From assembly GCA_048938895.1 (NCBI GenBank), contig JBHLLU010000084.1, positions 1 to 13,468 of the forward strand: a stretch of DNA of 13,468 bases, read 5' to 3'. Each line of letters begins with the position of its first letter. Position 1 is the stretch's first letter. Below are positions 1 through 8,113 of this stretch, piece by piece. The notes beneath the pieces are model-generated. The model did not search any database. It was not told the DNA's origin and worked only from the letters and a program-made list of their open reading frames with translations. A program made the translations under genes and the position numbers. This stretch comes from Promethearchaeota archaeon. Lineage in GTDB: Archaea > Asgardarchaeota > Lokiarchaeia > Sigyniarchaeales > SOKP01.

Positions 1-1622
1 TTATTAAGCTCACCATCTAAAGAATAACCTAACCAATCAAGACTAAAACTGGTATCAAACCCCAATAATAATCCTTCCTCTAAATTATCACCGAGAGTGT
101 AACTTGGATCCCACGAATAGCCAATTGCATCATAATATCCATAATGATCGCTTGGGGCACTCCCAGAATATATTCTTAATATACTTGAATCTCCAGTTTT
201 ATTAAATGCAAATGTTCCTTGGTTAACTCCGTTATAGTAAAGTTTGAATTCATTTGTATTGAGCCCATTATATGGACTTCCAGAATTAGACCTAAAATCT
301 ATCCTTACATGATCCCATGTATTCGCAGTTGTTGTTAATCCAGGGATATCATACCAATCTCCTGAAGTAAGAACTCTTATTTGCCCATCAAGACAGCCTA
401 CACTAAATAAAAATTCCCCTTCATAATAACCATCACGAACATTTACTTGATGACTATCCCCTCCTGTAATCGATGATACAGCCCACCATAGTTCAATTGT
501 CCCCTCTCTCGCAGTGATATTATTTTCTATTTTCCATGATGACCCACCCCCATCATATCCTCTTAATACTTTATTGTGTCCTAGAAAGTTCGAGATTACC
601 TGAACATCGCTCCCAACTCCGCTTGCATCTAACCATTCTTCTGGATCAGCCCCATCAGCATCATTTTCAAATCCATATGTGGCGGGATAATATCCGCTCA
701 TTGGTTCTGTATAGGTTACATTCTCAGGAGTGATTAGGTTAAACACTTGTGTAGTAAAGTATCTAATATCGGATTTATACATTGTTCCTAAGGTATCATT
801 CCCACACACTTGAATAGAATGTAAACCATCATAATTAGGAAAGGAGATTGTAGTGTTACCTATAATAGTTTTATTAAGAGTTCCATCTAGCGAATATCCA
901 ATCCAATCTAGAGTCACATTAGAAGTAAATCCGAGTAATAATCCTTCTTTTAGATTGTCTCCAATGTCGTAATCGGGTTCCCATGAGTATCCAATCGCAT
1001 CAATGTACATATTATAGGTAGTATGTGCAGTGGATGTTGCCATATAGAAGTTATCGGTATAAGGCTCATTACTATAAAAAGGCATCGCAGTAGATTCTAT
1101 TCCATTAATCCAGCATTTCCAGGTATATTGATCTAATCCCATATAATTTCCGAGAGTACATTCGAAAGAAATTTTAATATGGTGCCATGTATTATCCAAC
1201 GGGCCTGGCATATTCCCACCTGTGGCCTGCTGTATAACTAAATCAACAGTAACTCCGTCATTATATCTCCATAAATCATATCTACTCCCCATATTAACAG
1301 TGTAATTTGTTCCTTGTCGAATACCTGAAACAGTTCTATCGTAAGCATCGTCAACCAAAAACCAATACTCTATAGTCCCACTGCTTATATTATTATTAAA
1401 ATAATTTGAACAACCAGCTCTATATGAATAACCATTATCATCAAACCATAAAACTTTATTATGCCCAGTTCTGCTCGATATCACCGATATTGGGTAAGTA
1501 TCGACAAGTGTAAGGTATGATGGGAGTGAATCATCATATTCACTTTCAAATCCATATGTTGCAGGATAATAGCCACTCATAGGTTCAAAATAGGTTTTAT
1601 TTGCTGGTGTTATGATGTTAAT
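1..1622 (-). repeat. Protein-level tandem repeat, ~290 aa unit, one complete and one near-complete copy
   Basis: The Met codon of PMSGYYPATYGFE is at 1578-1580 and 699-701 (879 nt apart); DAIGYSW recurs 870 nt apart (~991 and ~121). Confidence 0.9.
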
Positions 1623-2426
1623 ATAATCGTCTCCATGAGAACCTAGTTCCTCACTGCAGATAATATCATCAATATATCCGGTGATCCCTTGATGTGCACT
1701 TATAATTCTAACATGGGTAATTTCTGCCGGATCATAAATAGTAGAGGTTTCTCCCTTATATACATCATTCAAATAAGCCTTGACAGACCAGCTAGTTAAA
1801 TTTACCACCATCTTTACATTATACCAAGTAAAAGGTGTATAATTACCCATGTAGATATAAGGGGATGTGCTTTCTAAATTAATTTGACCATCATTCCTTA
1901 GCAGTAAAGAAGCATAATTTCTCCCCCACGTAGCTGCAGTTGGATTCGAAAATGAAATTTTAATATTAGAATTATCTTTTCCACCCTCAACTATTCCTGT
2001 AGGAGTTTCACTCATTAAATTTGCTTCAAGTATTAAAATATTGGAAGTATATTGTATTTCCCTATCTGCTGCGGCAATCCAAGAAGAGGCTCCAGTTAAT
2101 GTAAATGATTGGGTGCCACTCGCAGCTTGTGTATCTGTAATCTTTTGATAACTATCACCTGCCCCATTATAAGTCAGAGTATATCCTGTTGGAAAAGTAT
2201 TAACGGGATAAGATTCAAAATCATCTTGAAAAATAAGGTGGGTCGCACTTTCCGCAGGAGCATTATCTTCTGAGAAATCATATGTAAGACTTACTCTCCA
2301 AAATTTTGAAAACAAGAATTTACTTTGCCCCAATAAGAATAAAACAATAATAATCAAAATTCTTGTCTTGCTCAAGTTTTTAGAAATCCGAGTATTTTTT
2401 CTATTTATTTGCACTTTTTTTATCAT
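1..2426 (-). CDS. Large exported/surface protein with N-terminal ConA/LamG-like beta-sandwich and ~290-aa tandem repeats (Ig-like plus lectin-like); 3'-truncated by window edge
   Basis: Hand translation: ATG at 2426, 808 stop-free codons to the window edge. Basic N-terminus then hydrophobic RILIIIVLFLLG. First domain FQDDFESY...TWYNVKMVVN...GYIDDI. Repeated motifs EPMSGYYPATYGFE, GHNKVL, GTIExW, NTWxH, DAIGYSW, GDNLxEGLLLGF, LDWxGYSLDG. Not in the ORF track. Confidence 0.9.
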   Translation of the reverse strand, partial: MIKKVQINRKNTRISKNLSKTRILIIIVLFLLGQSKFLFSKFWRVSLTYDFSEDNAPAESATHLIFQDDFESYPVNTFPTGYTLTYNGAGDSYQKITDTQAASGTQSFTLTGASSWIAAADREIQYTSNILILEANLMSETPTGIVEGGKDNSNIKISFSNPTAATWGRNYASLLLRNDGQINLESTSPYIYMGNYTPFTWYNVKMVVNLTSWSVKAYLNDVYKGETSTIYDPAEITHVRIISAHQGITGYIDDIICSEELGSHGDDYINIITPANKTYFEPMSGYYPATYGFESEYDDSLPSYLTLVDTYPISVISSRTGHNKVLWFDDNGYSYRAGCSNYFNNNISSGTIEYWFLVDDAYDRTVSGIRQGTNYTVNMGSRYDLWRYNDGVTVDLVIQQATGGNMPGPLDNTWHHIKISFECTLGNYMGLDQYTWKCWINGIESTAMPFYSNEPYTDNFYMATSTAHTTYNMYIDAIGYSWEPDYDIGDNLKEGLLLGFTSNVTLDWIGYSLDGTLNKTIIGNTTISFPNYDGLHSIQVCGNDTLGTMYKSDIRYFTTQVFNLITPENVTYTEPMSGYYPATYGFENDADGADPEEWLDASGVGSDVQVISNFLGHNKVLRGYDGGGSSWKIENNITAREGTIELWWAVSSITGGDSHQVNVRDGYYEGEFLFSVGCLDGQIRVLTSGDWYDIPGLTTTANTWDHVRIDFRSNSGSPYNGLNTNEFKLYYNGVNQGTFAFNKTGDSSILRIYSGSAPSDHYGYYDAIGYSWDPSYTLGDNLEEGLLLGFDTSFSLDWLGYSLDGELN

Positions 2427-2456
2427 CTCGATATTATATGTGAATTGATTGTATTT

Positions 2457-3233
2457 TCAAGAATCATTAATCGGCTCTGAACAGAAAACACAAAATTTCC
2501 ATTCAGGTTTTAATTCTTTATGACATTTTGGACATCTTTTAACCTGGGGTATGACCATATCGATATCTTTTACAACTTTCGAGTCAATTTCATCTTTAAT
2601 TGGAAATTTAATAACTGTAGAATTTTTTTCTACATCTGAACTAGGTTCTGTATTTATTATTAGCTCCTCCTTTCCTCTAGAGTCTTCAGACTCATTTTCC
2701 TTTAGGCTTTCAATTTCTTCTCTTTCCTTCTCTTGAAGGTGTTCTTGATTTACTTTATAAACGTAATTTGTGTATTTTTTATCTTTAAAACTAAATTGTA
2801 CAAGTTCTTCATTAGGAATCACTTTCATTTGCATATAATCACTCAATTTAACCCTGGGTCTTATTTTTGCTCTGTAACTTAGAAAAGGAAATATAACTAA
2901 CACTGTAAAAACAGCTATACTAAGTAAAAGAGTATATGTTAAATAATAAATTAAAAATGCCAGACTGATGCCTGATATGATTCCCATGAATAGGATTACT
3001 CCACTCTTGCCTGCTTTTAAATTGAAATTCGCATTACACTCTTCGCAAACAGGTAATCTAAAAGTATAATCTTTTTTGTATTCTTTGATCCTCGTAAATG
3101 AACCTGAATGCGACTTTATTATTCGATTCTCTGTTTCTTTACCGCATACAATACAATTTTTTGGGAAATAAACCTCATCAACTCCTTGAAGTTTGATAGT
3201 TTTTTCATTTGCGTAAATCTTCATATTTTCCAT
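2457..3233 (-). CDS. Two-TM membrane protein with N-terminal split Cys4 site and C-terminal zinc ribbon
   Basis: CIVC-x32-CEEC, two hydrophobic segments (GVILFMGIISGISLAFLIYYL, LLLSIAVFTVLVIFPFLSY), acidic linker, CPKC-x10-CVFC. ATG at 3233, 4 nt after the upstream stop, is preferred over the overlapping 3254 start; 3224 is also possible. Confidence 0.8.
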   Translation of the reverse strand: MENMKIYANEKTIKLQGVDEVYFPKNCIVCGKETENRIIKSHSGSFTRIKEYKKDYTFRLPVCEECNANFNLKAGKSGVILFMGIISGISLAFLIYYLTYTLLLSIAVFTVLVIFPFLSYRAKIRPRVKLSDYMQMKVIPNEELVQFSFKDKKYTNYVYKVNQEHLQEKEREEIESLKENESEDSRGKEELIINTEPSSDVEKNSTVIKFPIKDEIDSKVVKDIDMVIPQVKRCPKCHKELKPEWKFCVFCSEPINDS

Positions 3234-3237
3234 ACGA

Positions 3238-6200
3238 TTATAACACCTTCCCACAATTTATACAATATGTGTTTGATTGTTGATTTACTTTGCCACACCA
3301 TTTACATTTTTTTGAGCTTATTGAATCATCATATGAAGGAGGACCACTAAATTGGGATGTTGGAGTGCCAGAATTTCGATTAAGGGCGTTTAATAGAATA
3401 CTTTTAATCCGACTATTCATTGGTTCTGGTACCCCTAGAATTAGAGCATTTACCATATATTCAAACGATTCTTTATATCTGCCTTGATTTATAAGTTCAA
3501 AAGCCTTATTAGCAATAATTAAAGCCCTTTGACCCTCTAAAGAATAACTAGGTTTAGGGGTAGGTAATCTATTAAGAATTATATCTTTAATAGTATTGAT
3601 ATTATAAGAAGGTATAGTCCCTGGTCTGGTATAAACGGGAACTCTTGTTCTTTGTTGATATACAGGTCTAACAGGCTTTGGTTTAAGCTTTTTCTCAACT
3701 GTAAGTGCGTTGTATTTTTTTGTATCTGTGTTAAAACTAATTTTTTTAGATTGAAGTTTGTTTTGTTTCTTGTTTATTATTTGTGTACGAACTACATAAT
3801 AGCTAGTACATACTAATACAACAGCTCCAGCGATGTTAAAGAAGTAAGTATTTAATGAGATTTTTGAATTTAATGGATTTGTTCCCCACAGTACTTCAAT
3901 ACCATCTGAATATCCATCACCATCAGTATCTTTCTTCAATGGATCTGTATGATAAATTAATACCTCCTTTCCATCTGTTAATCCATCATTATCACAATCA
4001 GGATCATAAGGATCTAAGTGATGGGCATATTCATTATAATTTGACAGGCCATCATGATCATAATCAAAATCTGCATCATTTGTGGTTAGATCCAAATTAT
4101 TGGTATATTCCCAATAATCTGGCATCGCATCATCATCAGAATCTGCATCATTGGCAAAAGATCCAAGCAAAAATTCGAGTAAATTATTTAACCCGTCTAG
4201 ATCATAATCACTTTCAGCATCATCGGATGTAATATCTAATTCACATTGATATTCATAGTAATCAGACATAAAATCCCCATCTGAATCTGAGAGTAAGGGA
4301 GAAGATCCGCATTGGTACTCTACAAGGTTTATTAATCCGTCATTATCATTATCTAAGTTAGAATCATCCAAGAATGGATCTAATGAATAAATTATTTCAT
4401 AATAATCATCCATTCCATCACCTTCGGTATCAGGATTAGTGGCATTTGTAAAATAAATAAAGAGTTCATCATAATCAGAAAGAAGGTCATTATCGGTATC
4501 TGGGCTATTTGGGTTTGTAAGATAAGTAAATATTTCTAAATCATCTGATAAGCTATCGTAATCAGTATCGGGATTAGTAGCGTTTGTAAAATAAATAAAG
4601 AGTTCCTCGTAATCAGTAAGGTTATCATAATCGGTATCAGGATTATTTGGGTTTGTAAGATAAGTTAATATTTCTAAATCATCAGTAACGTTATCATAAT
4701 CGGTATCAGGATTAGTGGCATTTGTAAAATAAGTAAAGATTTCTAAATCATCAGTAAGGTTATCATAATCGGTATCAGGATTAGTGGCATTTGTAAAATA
4801 GGTAAAAATTTCCTCGTAATCTGAAAGGTTATCATAATCGGTATCAGGATTAGTGGCATTTGTAAAATAGGTAAAAATTTCCTCGTAATCTGAAAGGTTA
4901 TCATCATCCGTGTCAGGATCGTTAGGATTTGTATTATTTTGAAACTCTTCTAAATTGCTCACACCATCACCATCATTGTCTAAACTTGCATCATCAGTTA
5001 AAGGATCTAAACCATATTCAGCTTCATAACCATCATTCATTCCATCTCCATCAGTATCTGGATCTAATGGATCTGTTAGAAATATTAATATTTCTTCCCC
5101 ATCTAATAACCCATCATCATCCATATCAGGATCTAATGGATCCGTTAAATAAGTTAGTAATTCTTCCCCATCTAATAACCCATCATCATCAGTATCTGGA
5201 TCACTCGGGTCAGTAATCCCATAATATTCTGATCCATCTTCTAATCCGTCAGAATCACTATCACTTAAAAATGGATCACAGTTTAACATAACCTCTAAAA
5301 CATCATCGAGAGAATCACCATCTGTATCTTCCGAGGTTGTAATATTCAATTTAATCACACTATTTCCTTCTATTTGAGCATATATCCCATATCCCGTAAT
5401 TCCTGTCAGTCCTTCTAATTCAATTGTTCCTGAATAAGTACCAAATCCTGTAGTTGTGGAAGGATTCAGTGTAAGATCTTCAATTTCATAATCCACAGTT
5501 CCTGAAACATTACAAACTGCTACTCTTAATGCTTGAATTTGACCAATCCCATATAGATTGAAAGAGTATGATATTCCATTAGTTATGGGATCAAGAGATA
5601 CTGAACCAAAGGTTGTAGCAAGAACAGATTCTCCGGCAATGCCATCATATTCTTGAGGATGATGTGTATATCCCAAAGATCCCGAATAAGATACTGTGTT
5701 CGAATATGTATAAGTAAAACGTTCTTCCATTGACCTTACTCCATCACCATTAGAATCTGAAGCTGAATCTAATGAACTAAGAAAGTAATTAGTGAAAATC
5801 CCATGTTGTAGGGTAGGATCTTCTAAACTAAATTCATCGTCTCTACATGCTGTTATAATATATCTCCCATTTCCTTGTACTTCTGGAATTATTCCGCCTG
5901 TGTTACATGCATCTAGCACAATATATTTCTCATCACAATTAAGAGCATCTAATTTGGCATCGAGTAGCGTATCAGTTAAATAATTTTCCGGAGAGGATGG
6001 AATTGAATCATAAGAACATAAGAAATGCTCATCAGAATAAGTCACTACCTCATATTTATCTATACTAAATCCCCATTTAGTAATGGTATTATCACTTATC
6101 ATTCTAATATATATTCTATTATCACTAAGAAGAGGGATCCAGCCTGACCAAAAGCCAGTACTATATCCCGTATAAGCTTCATAATACCATCCATCAACTA

Positions 6201-6816
6201 GATCACTATCACCTAAAAATACATAATCATATCCAGATTCAAGGTCGAAATGATCAAAATAAACTCTCATATATGCAGCATCAGGATAATAAATATTCCA
6301 AGTATGATCATAGTAATTAGGATAGTTATGTGGTGAATCAATTGAATAGTAATGAATTCCTTCATTTGTAAGAGTGTTTCCCCCATGACCCGAATAATAG
6401 AAGAAAAATATATCATTACTAGTAATTTGAGAGGAAATCTGATCAAAGGCAGCAGTAATAGCAGACTTGGAAGCACTTGAATCTTGGAGATAAATTATGT
6501 TTTCAGTTTTAAAATTATAATCATTGATTAACATTGAATAGATGTCTTGTGCATCGTCATCGCAGTAAGATAAATCATTATCACTTCCGGGGTAATCTGA
6601 AATCCCTATTACTATGGCATAAGCATTTTTAGCTGGTAAGGTGGAAGAAAGCCTTAAATTATCGGTTTCTTCCAAAAATGGTTCTGTGGTTACAATTTCT
6701 GATTTAAATACTGGATTGTGTATTTCGTTAATACTCAAGTAACTTAATATAAAGGTGGGAAGGAATAAACATAAAACTGAACAATAAAAAAGGATTTTCC
6801 TTATATTAATTGTCAT
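3238..6816 (-). CDS. Membrane-anchored caspase-family (peptidase C14, metacaspase-like) protein with CUB-like insert, TSP3-like Ca-binding repeats, TM helix and zinc ribbon
   Basis: C14 motifs [44 protein letters not shown]; N-terminal hydrophobic signal; about 21 DxDxDG-type repeats; [21 protein letters not shown] followed by Lys-rich segment; terminal CKWC-x10-CINCG. The track start at 6819 is GTG; the ATG is at 6816. Confidence 0.9.
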   Translation of the reverse strand: MTINIRKILFYCSVLCLFLPTFILSYLSINEIHNPVFKSEIVTTEPFLEETDNLRLSSTLPAKNAYAIVIGISDYPGSDNDLSYCDDDAQDIYSMLINDYNFKTENIIYLQDSSASKSAITAAFDQISSQITSNDIFFFYYSGHGGNTLTNEGIHYYSIDSPHNYPNYYDHTWNIYYPDAAYMRVYFDHFDLESGYDYVFLGDSDLVDGWYYEAYTGYSTGFWSGWIPLLSDNRIYIRMISDNTITKWGFSIDKYEVVTYSDEHFLCSYDSIPSSPENYLTDTLLDAKLDALNCDEKYIVLDACNTGGIIPEVQGNGRYIITACRDDEFSLEDPTLQHGIFTNYFLSSLDSASDSNGDGVRSMEERFTYTYSNTVSYSGSLGYTHHPQEYDGIAGESVLATTFGSVSLDPITNGISYSFNLYGIGQIQALRVAVCNVSGTVDYEIEDLTLNPSTTTGFGTYSGTIELEGLTGITGYGIYAQIEGNSVIKLNITTSEDTDGDSLDDVLEVMLNCDPFLSDSDSDGLEDGSEYYGITDPSDPDTDDDGLLDGEELLTYLTDPLDPDMDDDGLLDGEEILIFLTDPLDPDTDGDGMNDGYEAEYGLDPLTDDASLDNDGDGVSNLEEFQNNTNPNDPDTDDDNLSDYEEIFTYFTNATNPDTDYDNLSDYEEIFTYFTNATNPDTDYDNLTDDLEIFTYFTNATNPDTDYDNVTDDLEILTYLTNPNNPDTDYDNLTDYEELFIYFTNATNPDTDYDSLSDDLEIFTYLTNPNSPDTDNDLLSDYDELFIYFTNATNPDTEGDGMDDYYEIIYSLDPFLDDSNLDNDNDGLINLVEYQCGSSPLLSDSDGDFMSDYYEYQCELDITSDDAESDYDLDGLNNLLEFLLGSFANDADSDDDAMPDYWEYTNNLDLTTNDADFDYDHDGLSNYNEYAHHLDPYDPDCDNDGLTDGKEVLIYHTDPLKKDTDGDGYSDGIEVLWGTNPLNSKISLNTYFFNIAGAVVLVCTSYYVVRTQIINKKQNKLQSKKISFNTDTKKYNALTVEKKLKPKPVRPVYQQRTRVPVYTRPGTIPSYNINTIKDIILNRLPTPKPSYSLEGQRALIIANKAFELINQGRYKESFEYMVNALILGVPEPMNSRIKSILLNALNRNSGTPTSQFSGPPSYDDSISSKKCKWCGKVNQQSNTYCINCGKVL
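3868..5328 (-). repeat. Array of about 21 Asp-rich TSP3-like (DxDxDGLxDxxE...TxPxxP) protein repeats
   Basis: Counted 21 DxDxD-type motifs from DTDGDSL to DTDGDGY in the translation, spaced about 22-26 aa. Confidence 0.9.
4425..4917. repeat. 69-bp in-frame tandem repeat, about 7 units
   Basis: gtatcaggattagtggcatttgtaaaata-like motif recurs every 69 nt; 4756-4835 is identical to 4825-4904. Confidence 0.95.
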
Positions 6817-6819
6817 CAC

Positions 6820-7084
6820 TCTCTTGTTTGAAGGAATTTTTTGACTTTTGATTTTATTAATAAAAGATATGATAATATAATTTATAAATAATCTTCGTAT
6901 TACTACATAACTGTAAAATATTGAAAATTTTAATTAAAATGTAAATTGGTCTTAATTGAACATTACTATGCATTAATTTTGCTGTTATGGGTGTCCAATG
7001 CCTACTTTTAGGTTTAGTAACCTCAATTATTTATTATGTTTTTATACCTAAAACTTAAAGTAAATGGTCATTTTATAAAAGATA
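6820..7084. promoter_or_regulatory. Divergent AT-rich promoter region with candidate archaeal TATA boxes
   Basis: Lies between divergent starts. Candidate aaaaCTTAAAG about 24-30 nt upstream of the 7085 ATG; TATTTATAAATA at 6879-6890. AT-richness limits specificity. Confidence 0.45.
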
Positions 7085-7621
7085 ATGGAAAAAGATGAAG
7101 AAATTTTACCAGACAGAGAATTTGCACTCAATCTCCTTAAAGAACTGAAAATCCCACCATCAGTTAGGCGTCATTCTGAGAGAGTTGCAGATAAAGCTTT
7201 AGAAATAGCAAAGAATATAACTAAAGCTAAAGTAAATTTAAATTTAGTTGAGATTGGTGCACTATTGCATGATATTGGAAGAACTAAAACACATGGATTT
7301 AAACATGCATTAATTGGAGGGAAAATTTTAAGGGAAAGAGGTTTTTCTGAACGCCTAGCAAAAATTTGTGAAACTCATATTTTAGGAGGATTAGATTTAG
7401 AAGATGCTAAGGAGTTTGGTCTTCCTGCAAAAGATTATTTACCTACTTCGTTAGAAGAAAAGATTATTTGTTTAGCAGATAAACATATGGCGGGAATAAG
7501 AGAAGTAACAATATCAGAAAGATTTAATCGTTGGTTTCAAAAATATGGGAGGAGTAAAATTTTATTAAAATCCAAAAAACGTATAGAAAAAATTCAAAAA
7601 GAAATTGAATTACTTATGTAA
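7085..7621 (+). CDS. HD-domain (HDIG) metal-dependent phosphohydrolase, TIGR00295-like
   Basis: RHS...LLHDIGR...HALIG...THILGG...LEEKIICLADK motifs in a 178-aa stand-alone domain. Confidence 0.9.
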   Translation: MEKDEEILPDREFALNLLKELKIPPSVRRHSERVADKALEIAKNITKAKVNLNLVEIGALLHDIGRTKTHGFKHALIGGKILRERGFSERLAKICETHILGGLDLEDAKEFGLPAKDYLPTSLEEKIICLADKHMAGIREVTISERFNRWFQKYGRSKILLKSKKRIEKIQKEIELLM

Positions 7622-8113
7622 GATTCTTCTTTTTAATTGATTAATTATTCCTCCTTCTTCTAAAATGTTGATAAGAAAATCCGGCAATTGATCAAAATTT
7701 AATTCAATATTTTTTGTTTTATTAATAATTATTCCTTTCTCTAACTTAATTTCTAAGTTATCACTTTGCGAAAAATGCTCATCCCTCCACTTTAATTGAA
7801 TACCGGGTATACCTAAGTTTATCAAATTTCGAAAATAAATCCGAGCAAATGATTTTGCAATAATTATTTTTATTCCGAGAACTTTAAACACATTTACAGC
7901 TTCTTCCCTTGAACTGCCTGTTCCAAAATTTTCTCCGGCGATGATAATATTATTTTTTTTTACATTATTCTTAAATTCTGGATCAAGGTATTTCAACGTA
8001 TTTTTAGCCATTTCAGCTGTATCTCTTAGTGTTAATACATCAGAGGGAACGATATCGTCTGTATTGATATCATCTCCTAAAATATATGCATTACCTTGAA
8101 TTTTTTCAAGCAT
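7610..8113 (-). CDS. leuD: 3-isopropylmalate dehydratase/homoaconitase family small subunit (LeuD/HacB-like)
   Basis: GDDINTDDIVP, AGENFGTGSSREEA, IAKSFARIYFRNLINLG; adjacent to large subunit. Exact substrate uncertain. Confidence 0.85.
   Translation of the reverse strand: MLEKIQGNAYILGDDINTDDIVPSDVLTLRDTAEMAKNTLKYLDPEFKNNVKKNNIIIAGENFGTGSSREEAVNVFKVLGIKIIIAKSFARIYFRNLINLGIPGIQLKWRDEHFSQSDNLEIKLEKGIIINKTKNIELNFDQLPDFLINILEEGGIINQLKRRILHK

Noticed and set aside
536-733. 65-aa plus-strand ORF
   Set aside because: Antisense shadow inside the long minus-strand repeat gene; no motifs.
2551-3487. Short plus-strand ORFs 2551..2736, 3108..3350 and 3290..3487
   Set aside because: Antisense to well-supported genes; composition mirrors the opposite-strand codons.
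4425-4917. CRISPR-like periodicity of 69 nt
   Set aside because: The whole unit repeats with no unique spacers, it is in frame within a CDS, and no cas genes are present.
3855-5216. His-rich ORFs 3855..4232 and 4929..5216 resembling metal-binding peptides
   Set aside because: CAT runs are the reverse complement of GAT GAT/GAT GGT in the Asp-rich repeats.
5792-6476. ORFs 5792..5983 (+) and 6267..6476 (-, alternate frame)
   Set aside because: Nested in the C14 domain, short and motif-free; no frameshift is needed because the main frame is intact.
3238-6816. Caspase as an anti-phage or programmed-cell-death effector
   Set aside because: No gasdermin, NLR/STAND, CRISPR or cyclase neighbour in the window, and the predicted topology is extracellular.
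7610-7621. 12-bp convergent overlap of the HD gene and the leuD-like gene
   Set aside because: Short tail-to-tail overlaps are common in compact AT-rich genomes.
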